Assembly (NCBI GenBank): GCA_965224485.1
Contig: CBDCZH010000003.1
Span: 1-64,000, forward strand
From: Arcobacteraceae bacterium
Lineage (GTDB): Bacteria; Campylobacterota; Campylobacteria; Campylobacterales; Arcobacteraceae
Reading direction: 5' to 3'
Length of the DNA: 64,000 nucleotides
The translations under genes and the position numbers were made by a program. The number at the start of each line of letters is the position of its first letter. The first letter of the stretch is position 1. Positions 1 through 8,104 of this stretch are shown one piece after another. The notes beneath the pieces were generated by a model that saw nothing but the letters and a program-made list of their open reading frames with translations, ran no database searches and was not told the origin of the DNA.

Positions 1-1
1 T

Positions 2-1113
2 CGCCAATTCAACTCTAAAGTGCAACAAATATAGGCAAAATTATGCCACCATCTTTCTTGAAACTTCCTTCAAAAATATCTCATTCGGAGTATAATATTT
101 TAGTATCTTTCTTGGTCTATTATTTAACCTGTTTTGTATTATAAGTATTTGAGTATTATTTACATTCTCAAAGCTTGATTTTTTAGGAATATATTCTCTC
201 ACCAATCCATTTGTATGTTCATTTAATCCTCTTTGCCAAGATGAATAAGGATCACAAAAATAAAACTTTATATTTAATTCTTTTGCTATTTCTTCATGAT
301 AAGAAAACTCTTTGCCATTATCTGATGTAATGGTATGAACTAAATTCCTTATTGGATATAACAACTCTATAATAGCTTGCGTAACTGCACCAGCTTGTTT
401 TGATTCAACTATCCTCATTAGTGTAAACTTACTCTTTCTATCTACTAATGTAACAATTGCACCTTTATGGTCTTTCCCAATAATAGTATCTACTTCAAAG
501 TCTCCAAATCTAGTTTTAGTCTCAATTATTTTAGCTCGTTGACTTATATTAACTCTATTCTTTATTTGACCTCTTGTTTTATATTGACTACTTCTATTTC
601 CATACTTTTTGTTCTTATGTCTTAAATATTTATATAATCTTCCACCACTTATTTGATTTGCATAAATATACCTATATACTGTTTCATAAGATATATTAGC
701 TATTTTATGTAGTTTTAGTCTTCCTGTTAATTGCTCAGGAGATAATCCTTCTTTTAATAACTTGCCAATCTTTAGTTTTAACTTCTTTGTTATCTTGTGA
801 TACCTATCTTTAAACTTGTCTCTAGAGACAGCACTTATATGAGCATCCTCAGGACTGTAGTAATCATTGTTACTATTTCTTTTAAGCTCTCTTGATATGG
901 TTGATTTATTAACACCTAGTAACTCTGCAATTTTAGATTGTGTATAATTTTCGTTTTTATAAGCAAATATTTGATACCTTAAACCTAAGGTTAATTGTTT
1001 ATACTTTTCCATTTAATGCTCCATTTATCCTGCAAGATATTGAGCTTAAATTGTATATCAATCAGCCTTACATCTTACATTACTCTATGTTGCACTTTAA
1101 GTGTGAAAAGAGG
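2..1113 (-). mobile_element. IS30-family insertion sequence
   Basis: Imperfect 26-bp terminal inverted repeats at 2-27 (cgccaattcaactctaaagtgcaaca) and 1088-1113 (tgttgcactttaagtgtgaaaagagg) enclose the transposase. Confidence 0.88.
41..1012 (-). CDS. IS30-family DDE transposase
   Basis: N-terminal HTH (IAELLGVNKSTISRELKRN); GDFEVDT, TITSDNGKEF and PYSSWQRGLNEHTNGLVR motifs. Confidence 0.97.
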   Translation of the reverse strand: MEKYKQLTLGLRYQIFAYKNENYTQSKIAELLGVNKSTISRELKRNSNNDYYSPEDAHISAVSRDKFKDRYHKITKKLKLKIGKLLKEGLSPEQLTGRLKLHKIANISYETVYRYIYANQISGGRLYKYLRHKNKKYGNRSSQYKTRGQIKNRVNISQRAKIIETKTRFGDFEVDTIIGKDHKGAIVTLVDRKSKFTLMRIVESKQAGAVTQAIIELLYPIRNLVHTITSDNGKEFSYHEEIAKELNIKFYFCDPYSSWQRGLNEHTNGLVREYIPKKSSFENVNNTQILIIQNRLNNRPRKILKYYTPNEIFLKEVSRKMVA

Positions 1114-1214
1114 TATTTTTAAGTTATATCAACCGCTTTGGCACCCTTTTCAATATATTAACCAATAAAACTCTCTGGATTCATTATATCATTTAGATAC
1201 GAGGCACCTTTTCG
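1114..1214. repeat. 101-bp exact direct repeat, copy 1
   Basis: Identical to 2940-3040 (tatttttaagttatatc...gaggcaccttttcg); abuts the IS30 end. Confidence 0.95.
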
Positions 1215-1277
1215 ATTATCTTTTAAAAGTAAAAGAGCTGCATTTAGCATATCTTTTTGTTTTGAAAAATCATACAT
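1215..1277 (-). pseudogene. 5' stub (21 codons) of a gene coupled to the HTH gene, possibly an AbiEii-like toxin
   Basis: ATG at 1277 overlaps the end of the upstream gene; MYDFSKQKDMLNAALLLLKDN then runs into the 101-bp repeat. Toxin identity is inferred from context only. Confidence 0.35.
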
Positions 1278-1791
1278 TACTTAGTTTTTTTCTTCTTAGG
1301 ATATTTTGTAAAGCTTGAGGAATAGTTTTTTTATTATCTAGTTTAAAATCAAGATGTTTAAGTCTAAATCTTCTATCCCAAGTTTTAGCAATGCCTTTTA
1401 AACTTCTAAAGGGGCTTGATATATATATTCTTTTTATATCTCTTTTTGACACATTAAAAGTTTTTATAAACTCATCTAGTTCCTCAGGTTCAAGTTCTTT
1501 AAAAAATTTAGCGTATATACTTTGTTCTTTAAGAGTAGAATCATGATAATCTGTTTTATTAAAAGCATTTATAATATCTTCTAATGTAAATTTTAAACTT
1601 ACATCTATATTTCTATTTAGGATATGAAAGAATCTATGAGTAGTTTTTTTCCCTAGTTTATTTAGCATTTCTTTTTCATCAAGATTGATAAGAAGTTGGT
1701 ATAGTTTATGTCTATTACTATTTTCTTTTTTCCAATCATTAAGTGTTGTGAATGGTATATCTAAATATTTACTAATTTGTAACTGTGTCAT
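1270..1791 (-). CDS. HTH-containing protein, probable antitoxin/regulator
   Basis: N-terminal MTQLQISKYLDIPFTTLNDWKK resembles an HTH; AAGGA RBS and consensus promoter upstream. Confidence 0.6.
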   Translation of the reverse strand: MTQLQISKYLDIPFTTLNDWKKENSNRHKLYQLLINLDEKEMLNKLGKKTTHRFFHILNRNIDVSLKFTLEDIINAFNKTDYHDSTLKEQSIYAKFFKELEPEELDEFIKTFNVSKRDIKRIYISSPFRSLKGIAKTWDRRFRLKHLDFKLDNKKTIPQALQNILRRKKLSNV

Positions 1792-1813
1792 AATATATCC
1801 TTAATATAATTAC

Positions 1814-1842
1814 ATTATATATGAATATCGTTATTATGTCAA
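1814..1842 (-). promoter_or_regulatory. Sigma70 promoter
   Basis: Exact TTGACA-17 nt-TATAAT on the minus strand upstream of 1791. Confidence 0.8.
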
Positions 1843-2004
1843 TTAATGTACTAAGATTTTAGAGATACAATAATTTAGTATTGTGTCTTGGTAATTAATA
1901 TAAAATATTTTTGCTCATTGTGAAGAGTAATGTTTTTTCATTTTTGGGCTTTGGTGGAGATTCATTCTAAGTGGTGTAAAAGTTATTGTAAAAGTTTTAC
2001 AATT

Positions 2005-2329
2005 ATTAGTTTATATTTTAAAGTACTTTGAAATAGCTGGTGTTTGCTCTTGTAAACTTTCAGTTCCCGCTTTCTTACTTTTGTATTGACAAAAAGTAAG
2101 CAAAAACAACTACGATTCATCGGCCTAAAGGCTACCTAAATATTTTTTATTGATTTACTTAAAAATATAACTCGTTAAAATATGCTCCCAGCATATTTCT
2201 TCACACTCAAACAGAAATTTTTGGGTTACGTAAATCAATAAAAAATATTTAGCTCTTGCAGATGTAGCAATCAACGGAATAATCTTTTGTCTGCTAAAGC
2301 AGATATAGTTTTGATACATATTTATAAAT
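2005..2329 (+). repeat. Structured repeat element, type A copy 1 (Flavo-1-like core)
   Basis: Homologous to 6139-6466; perfect 23-bp stem 2136-2158/2230-2252 encloses AACTCGTT-hairpin-CACTCAAACAG. Confidence 0.85.
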
Positions 2330-2383
2330 ACTCTTTTCTATAGATATTTGAATTTTTGGATACTAAAACAACTTGCTCTTTTC

Positions 2384-2621
2384 CTGCCTTTGAGGAAGCT
2401 AGAGTTTGAGAGTTAATTTTCGGTAACAAGCGAAGCCTGTCTGACCGTTAAGAAAGATGCCGTAAAGGCATGTTTTAGGAAGTTCTACAGCGCAGAAAAT
2501 GAATTCTTGAACTCTAGGAACCCGGAGGGCTTCAGCAACCGGCAGTCGACTTTTTTGTTTCTTTTTAATCGATAAAAAAAGAAAAAAAGCGCGAAGATTC
2601 ATCTTTGTAAGAGTTCTAAAA
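2384..2621 (-). repeat. Structured repeat element, type B copy 1
   Basis: Homologous to 5876-6113 (same length); the minus strand has the same architecture as type A (AACTTCCT-hairpin-CGGTCAGACAG inside a long stem). Confidence 0.85.
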
Positions 2622-2699
2622 GTATATTATTTTAAGATTAAGTTAAGAAAAATTACTAATTTGTGCCAGGCACCTTTTCAATTGGTATATATACAGCAA

Positions 2700-2765
2700 T
2701 TAATTTTTTACTAACATCATGACCAAAGGGAATCCACACTTGCAAAATCCGATACAATTATACAT
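2700..2765 (-). CDS. Possible small peptide or gene stub, MYNCIGFCKCGFPLVMMLVKN
   Basis: GGAGG 6 nt upstream of ATG; 21 codons. Confidence 0.3.
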   Translation of the reverse strand: MYNCIGFCKCGFPLVMMLVKN

Positions 2766-2939
2766 CGTGAACCTCCAATAGTAATATTTGAGAGTTCGTT
2801 AGGCTAGGAGTTAACTCCTAGCTGATTAACTTTAATACACATAACCTAACCTCGTGTAATACGATCTAGTAATTAATACCGATCTTGTCGCCACTCAAGT
2901 TTAAAGTGTAATTATTTGACTGACACTCAAGCTAATTAA

Positions 2940-3040
2940 TATTTTTAAGTTATATCAACCGCTTTGGCACCCTTTTCAATATATTAACCAATAAAACTCT
3001 CTGGATTCATTATATCATTTAGATACGAGGCACCTTTTCG
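2940..3040. repeat. 101-bp exact direct repeat, copy 2
   Basis: Identical to 1114-1214. Confidence 0.95.
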
Positions 3041-3057
3041 CCACCCCAAAACTAACT

Positions 3058-3969
3058 TTATTTCAAAATTTGTTTTATATTTTCTTTCCAATTAGAATTA
3101 TGAATAAATCGTTTATCTTGTAAGCTTTCTCGTAAAATCTCACCTTTACTCAATTTTGTAATATCTTTCCAATTATTTTTAAAAATATAAGTTGCATTTT
3201 GTGGTTTTCTATTTTCTAGGATAAATATATTTCTACTTTCGAAACCCAGTACTACATAATCATTAAAACCACCATTTCCAGTAGCTAAAAAATCTGGTTC
3301 AAAACTATTAATATAATTTATTCTTGCATATATTTCTTTATAATTTCTATTTGATTCAAAATTCATTTTATCTTTTAGATGTTTTTCCAATTCTTTCCAA
3401 GGCATTTTTCCTTTTGGAAGAAGGTTCCAATTTAGCTTATTAATTGGTGTTTTAATTCTTGAGATTAAGTTTTTATCTACAAGTTGACATTCTCCAAATA
3501 ACTCTAAAAATAAATTAACCTTATGCTTAATCAATGATTTATTTTCTTGCGTAAATTTTATTAATTTAGAACTAATTATTTTATTATTATCCTTATCAAT
3601 CATAACTATTAGTTCTTGTGCTGGAGCATCTATTAATTTTCGTTGAAATCGATTATATGTAAAAGTAATCAATTTACTCTGTGGATGTTTACCATAAGCT
3701 AACCATTCCATTTCTCTATCTATACTATAAGCTTCTTTAGGTTCATTTCTTAATAATTCAAATTTACCATTAGCATTAAACCTTGAAACACTTCCTTTAA
3801 CTTTAGGTAAAATTGAATCTCCAACAGTTAAAGAGTGGTCAAATCCAATTTCTTCTAATTTGTTAGTATATTTTAAAGCATTATTTAGAATTAAGCAAAT
3901 TTCTTCACCTTCTTTAAACTCATTTAAAAAGTTATCCACCTTCATTACTCTTTTTTGCGATATATACAT
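3058..3969 (-). CDS. Hypothetical protein (303 aa), second gene of a two-gene operon
   Basis: Long ORF with RBS; motif-like blocks LNWNLLPKG, GFNDYVVLGF, ENRKPQNATYIF; function not recognised. Confidence 0.85.
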   Translation of the reverse strand: MYISQKRVMKVDNFLNEFKEGEEICLILNNALKYTNKLEEIGFDHSLTVGDSILPKVKGSVSRFNANGKFELLRNEPKEAYSIDREMEWLAYGKHPQSKLITFTYNRFQRKLIDAPAQELIVMIDKDNNKIISSKLIKFTQENKSLIKHKVNLFLELFGECQLVDKNLISRIKTPINKLNWNLLPKGKMPWKELEKHLKDKMNFESNRNYKEIYARINYINSFEPDFLATGNGGFNDYVVLGFESRNIFILENRKPQNATYIFKNNWKDITKLSKGEILRESLQDKRFIHNSNWKENIKQILK

Positions 3970-3978
3970 TGTTTATCC

Positions 3979-4810
3979 TTATATTATATTAATTAATTTT
4001 GCTTCTCTAGTTTTAATAAAATCACCTATTTTTAATATAGGTTTTATTTCAACTTTAATCGATTCATTTTTTCCAAAATATTCAGTAATTAATTTTAAAC
4101 TTTTTTCATCAATATAAATCTTTAATTTTCCAAAAAAATCAACATCCATTTTAAAAAAAGATGGTGAACCTCTAGATATATTTTTTGGTAGTCCACTTAC
4201 AATGATATTGTCTAGTTCTAAAACATCATTAGAAATCTCATATAATTTTTTTCTAGTTTTAGAAGTAAGTAAAAGTTCATCATCTACTTTTCCATCTAAT
4301 TTAAAAGAGATGCCAGTAGGTCTTAAAGATTTTTCATCTACCTTTTCTTTTATTAAATTATTAATATCTTTTATTGAATTAAAGGATGAAAATTCCGCAC
4401 CTAATATTTTTTCTTTTTCTTCTAATATCTGTTGTTTTTTTTCATGCTCATAATCATAATAATCTGACTCTGCAAGCTCAAGTGCTAGTATATATATCTC
4501 ATCAATTAATTTTTCAATTTGTTCTTTCTTCTTATCACTTTGAAGAAAAGTTTTTATATCTTTTGATAAATCATAAAAATAAGAAGTCGCTAAACCTTGG
4601 AAATATGGATCATTAATAAGGTTTAAAATAATTTCATAACTTCCTTCATTTGTGGTATCAATATAAAGTGAAGTATATTCACTTTTACTATTTTTAATCT
4701 CAAAATTTTTTTGATAAATTTTGAATTGATTTTGCGATTACTGCCATATCATCAACTAGAATTTGATGATTATCTGCATACCCACCTTCTAATTTAATTT
4801 TTAAACTCAT
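3979..4810 (-). CDS. Hypothetical protein (~276 aa) with one frameshift, missed by the ORF track
   Basis: MSLKIKLEGGYADNHQI... shifts in an A7 run near 4710; the new frame reads ...TTNEGSYEIILNLINDP... and ends REAKLINII at TAA 3979-3981, just before the next gene's RBS. Confidence 0.7.
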
Positions 4811-4919
4811 TTGATTCCTAATCTAATTTTATAAAACTATAATAATAAGCTAAAAGTGAACAGGCACCTTTATACAAAATTCAAATCAGCTTGGTTTTTA
4901 TGAATACATAATGTCCATT

Positions 4920-5054
4920 TACCAACGCATAAGGTGAAGAACTATGTGGGTATCACGGCTTGATAATTTAAATTTTCAAGCATCTTAATGCGATACTTAA
5001 AAACTTGTAATTACCTATAGTTTCCACTTGATTCTCTCCTCCGATTTGTTAGTC
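4920..5054 (-). other. attC-like integron cassette site
   Basis: GACTAAC-AAATC-GGAGGAGAGAA ... TTCTTCACC-TTATGC-GTTGGTA, starting 6 nt after the DUF3892 stop; interior homologous to 6997-7100. Confidence 0.6.
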
Positions 5055-5060
5055 TTGATA

Positions 5061-5366
5061 TTAGAACTCCTGTAAATTTTCTAAATTATCTTCTTCTCGT
5101 CCATTATCGATAGTTTTTAAGTATTGAATACCATTGACATTAATTACTGAAACTTTTTGTCCTTTATTCCATGTTCCTTCTGAATTTTTAATTATAGTTA
5201 TTACGGATACTCCATTATTAATATTATTAACAACTTCTTGTCGTGAATTTATTTCACCTTTTCCTACTGATTCTACTTCATCTTCATGTACGAAAAGATC
5301 TGAGATGTGAGTATGCTCTACATTATATCTCACTTCTGATATTAAATAATCTGCCCATTTTGCCAT
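5061..5366 (-). CDS. DUF3892-family protein
   Basis: WADYLIS N-terminus, SRQEVV, YLKT...DNLENLQEF C-terminus; AAGGAG RBS. Confidence 0.8.
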   Translation of the reverse strand: MAKWADYLISEVRYNVEHTHISDLFVHEDEVESVGKGEINSRQEVVNNINNGVSVITIIKNSEGTWNKGQKVSVINVNGIQYLKTIDNGREEDNLENLQEF

Positions 5367-5724
5367 TGTATTCTCCTTAAATATTTATGTTATTGTTATA
5401 ACGATTATAAATTGTGTCGTAACTGTGTCACAAAAAAGATTACCTAAGAAATTTAGATTTTTCTTAGACTAACTATTTAATAATAGTACATTTTATATTA
5501 AAATAACTTAATAATTGATATTATCATACACTTTAAATGTTAGATTCTACATAAAACAAACCCTATAACTTAGGTACTTGGTAATAAAATGTTACAAAAC
5601 ATAATTTTATTGTAGATAATTAATAATTTATACGATTATTTGGATGTTAGTTTAAAGACTTATTTACTAGGTAAAACATACATTATGTACTAATAATATT
5701 TGATTTCAGACCTTATCTAACAAA

Positions 5725-5775
5725 ATGTTAGATAGATTAATTCATCATTCTTATATTATAGATATTCAAGGAGAC
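5725..5775 (+). pseudogene. IS21-family IstB C-terminal remnant
   Basis: Translates MLDRLIHHSYIIDIQGD, matching the IstB LDRLxHH...I.G.SYR motif; cut off by a type A element tail. Confidence 0.6.
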
Positions 5776-5826
5776 GAAATAATTCTTTGTCTTCTAAAGA
5801 AGATATGGTTTGAAGACCTATTTATT
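5776..5826 (+). repeat. Partial type A element (3' tail only)
   Basis: gaaataattctttgtcttctaaagaagatatggttt resembles ggaataatcttttgtctgctaaagcagatatagttt of copy 1, with a compensatory change in the tctgc/gcaga hairpin. Confidence 0.65.
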
Positions 5827-5875
5827 CAAAATTAGCTCATTAGGTTTATAGATATTTAAACTATAGTCTCTTTCT

Positions 5876-6113
5876 CTGCCTTTGAGGAAGCTAGAGTTTG
5901 AGTATTTGTTTTCGGTAACAAGCGAAGCCTGTCTGAGCGTTTAAAAAGGTGACTAGATGTCACGTTTTAGCGAGTTCTGCAGCGCAGAAAACAAACACTT
6001 AAACTCTAGGCACCCGAAGGGATTCATCAACCGGCAGTCGCTTCTTTTGTTTCGTTTCTTTCGATAAAGAAAAGAAAAAAGCGCGAAGGTTCACCTTTGT
6101 AAGAGTTCTAAAA
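5876..6113 (-). repeat. Structured repeat element, type B copy 2
   Basis: Minus-strand core aactcgctaaaacgtgacatctagtcacctttttaaacgctcagacag is nearly identical to the core of type A copy 2. Confidence 0.85.
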
Positions 6114-6138
6114 AATAAAACGATATAAAGATTTATTG

Positions 6139-6466
6139 ATTAGTTTTTATATTAAAGTACATTGAAATAGCTGGCTTTTGCTCTTGTAAACTTCCAGTTC
6201 CCGCTCCTTTCTTCTTTTGCCAAAAAGAAGAAACAAGAAAGTGTCTACGGTTTCGGAGGTCTTCAACTACCTAAAGTTTTTTTCTTTCTTTACTTAAAAA
6301 TACAACTCGCTAAAACGTGCCCTTACGGCACCTTTTTAAACGCTCAAACAGAAATTTTTGGGTTACGTAAAGAAAGAAAAAAACTTTAGCTCCTGCAAAT
6401 GTAGCAATCAACGGAATGATTTTTTGTCTGCTAAAGCAGAAATAGTTTTGATACATATTTATAAAT
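6139..6466 (+). repeat. Structured repeat element, type A copy 2
   Basis: Perfect 23-bp stem 6271-6293/6367-6389; core aactcgctaaaacgtgcccttacggcacctttttaaacgctcaaacag. Confidence 0.85.
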
Positions 6467-6505
6467 TCATTTTTATATTGGGCATTTTGATTACTTGCTC
6501 TACCC

Positions 6506-6542
6506 CTGCCTTTGAGGAAGCTAGAGTTTGAGAGTTTATTTT
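6506..6542 (-). repeat. Partial type B element
   Basis: ctgcctttgaggaagctagagtttgagagttt shared with 2384 and 5876. Confidence 0.75.
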
Positions 6543-6634
6543 GCCTGCAAGCAGGATTTTGTCACTGCGTTCCAGCATCGGGAATAAAGAAGTAAAAGAA
6601 ACTAGGCTCTTTTGTGTCAACTGCAATGTAAGAT

Positions 6635-6979
6635 TCAACCCCAAAATATTGAAGTTGGGTCTTCATCTATTTCTTTTAACAAATCTTTTATTTCATTTTT
6701 TGGACTAAGTCGATCGTAACAAAAAAACTTTTGATGTTGGTTTGACCAATAAAGTTTCCATTTCATTGAAGTAATATCAAATGTCATTTTCGCAATTTTC
6801 ATATCAATCCACACAGAATCATCATTACATTTTGGACGAGATTCAATAAGTATAAAACTATTACCTCTTACGGAATATTTTAATTGAATTTCATTTTGTA
6901 TCTCTTTGGGAACTTTTGTTTTACAATAATATTCAATTTGTTTTTCAGCTAATTGTTTTTGTAACGATGGCATTGCCAC
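6635..6979 (-). CDS. DUF3024-family protein
   Basis: IAKM...WKLYW and terminal IDEDPTSIFWG motifs. Confidence 0.85.
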   Translation of the reverse strand: MAMPSLQKQLAEKQIEYYCKTKVPKEIQNEIQLKYSVRGNSFILIESRPKCNDDSVWIDMKIAKMTFDITSMKWKLYWSNQHQKFFCYDRLSPKNEIKDLLKEIDEDPTSIFWG

Positions 6980-6996
6980 TTTTATTCCTTATATTG

Positions 6997-7100
6997 AGAT
7001 AACGGCTTAATAATTTTCTCTTTAAAATATCTTAATGCGACACTTAAAAATTTATTATTTTGGCAGTTTTCACTTATTCCCCTCTTAGTATTTGTTATCT
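6997..7100 (-). other. attC-like site, possibly with a shortened right arm
   Basis: AGATAAC (contains the antitoxin stop codon)-AAATA-CTAAGAGGGGAATA ... GTTATCT; the next gene's RBS and start follow directly. Confidence 0.55.
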
Positions 7101-7378
7101 AACTCTTTGAATTAATCTACCCAGTTACATATTGATGTAATACACTAGATACTAATGTTTGATAGGGTAATCCAAGTTCAACAGCATTAGTTTTAAGTGA
7201 TTCTAAATCATTTGAAGATAATCTAATATTGATTCTTTTATCTTTTCTCAAAGTATTTTTTGCCACTTCTTGATGTAAAGTAATTTCATTTTTTTAAATT
7301 ATCAACAGATTCCCAAACTCCTAATTCTAATGATTGAAGTAATTCATTTTCTTCATCATCTAATAAATATTTTTTCAT
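7095..7378 (-). CDS. CopG/BrnA-like ribbon-helix-helix antitoxin (two apparent frameshifts)
   Basis: Reconstructed MKKYLLDDEENELLQSLE...KDKRINIRLSSNDLESLKTNAVELGLPYQTLVSSVLHQYVTG; extra bases in an A run (~7292) and a G run (~7121). Confidence 0.75.
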
Positions 7379-7433
7379 TTTTTTTCTCCAAAATATTTTT
7401 ATACAATCATTTCAAATCGTAACTACTAATCTT

Positions 7434-7718
7434 TTACACAGATACTTTCATTTTCAAACCAAATGAATTCAACACTTTCATAATAGTGTCAAATTTTGGT
7501 TTTCCTTTTGGATTAAAGGTTTTATAGAGACTCGCTCTTCCTAATCCTGTATCTTTTGCTATTTGAGTCATACCTTTAGCTTTTGCAATATTTCCTAATG
7601 CTACTAAGAACTCTTCCATATTGCCTTCTTCTAATATTTGTGACAAATATTCTGCTATTATTTCTTTATCATCTAAATATTGTGCTATATCAAAATCTAT
7701 TATCTCTAATTTACTCAT
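7434..7718 (-). CDS. Addiction-module antidote protein (HigA-like, Xre HTH)
   Basis: FDIAQYLD...ALGNIAKAKGMTQIAKDTGLGRASLYK...PKFDTIMKV. Confidence 0.92.
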   Translation of the reverse strand: MSKLEIIDFDIAQYLDDKEIIAEYLSQILEEGNMEEFLVALGNIAKAKGMTQIAKDTGLGRASLYKTFNPKGKPKFDTIMKVLNSFGLKMKVSV

Positions 7719-7900
7719 TATCTATATCCTAGACCAGTTGTTATTCTAAGTTCATAAATACTATTTCCAAGTGTTTTATAATCACCAAAATTTCCACTTT
7801 TCATTCTATCAACTCTTCTTAATATAGAAACTTTTCCTTTTACATCTTTTAATTTAGACAAGCATTTTGAAAAGATATTTGTTTGCTTTATTAAATACAT
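7718..7900 (-). pseudogene. C-terminally truncated addiction-module killer protein (RelE/HigB-like toxin)
   Basis: GNFGDYK...ELRITTGLGYR then stop; lacks the usual VY...LL.GGDK C-terminal part. Confidence 0.75.
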
Positions 7901-7906
7901 AGTCAT

Positions 7907-7935
7907 ATTGTATCCCAAAAGATACTTTAAGTCAA
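7907..7935 (-). promoter_or_regulatory. Sigma70 promoter with overlapping operator palindrome
   Basis: TTGACT-17 nt-TACAAT; GTATC-N6-GATAC palindrome at 7910-7925; ATG 6 nt after the -10 box (leaderless). Confidence 0.65.
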
Positions 7936-8104
7936 TAAGTTAAAATAAAAGAAAGTTAATAAATACTTATGCAATTATTTCAGATCGTAACATTTATTCT
8001 TTTATTACTTATATATATTTTAATAGTTTCATATGGTCAGTAATTATACTTTTAATCTATTTTGCTGTAAAATAAAGTATAAATAAACTTTTAAGAGATT
8101 TAAT

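Noticed and set aside
2399..2602. 67-aa ORF (and the 61-aa ORF at 6459-6644)
   Set aside because: Both read through the structured repeat elements, where changes between copies preserve base pairing; no protein features
3860..4616. Plus-strand ORFs of 76-85 aa
   Set aside because: Antisense shadows of the minus-strand genes 3058-3969 and 3979-4810
1114..6542. CRISPR array
   Set aside because: The repeats are 100-330 bp or irregularly spaced, with no constant repeat-spacer period and no cas genes
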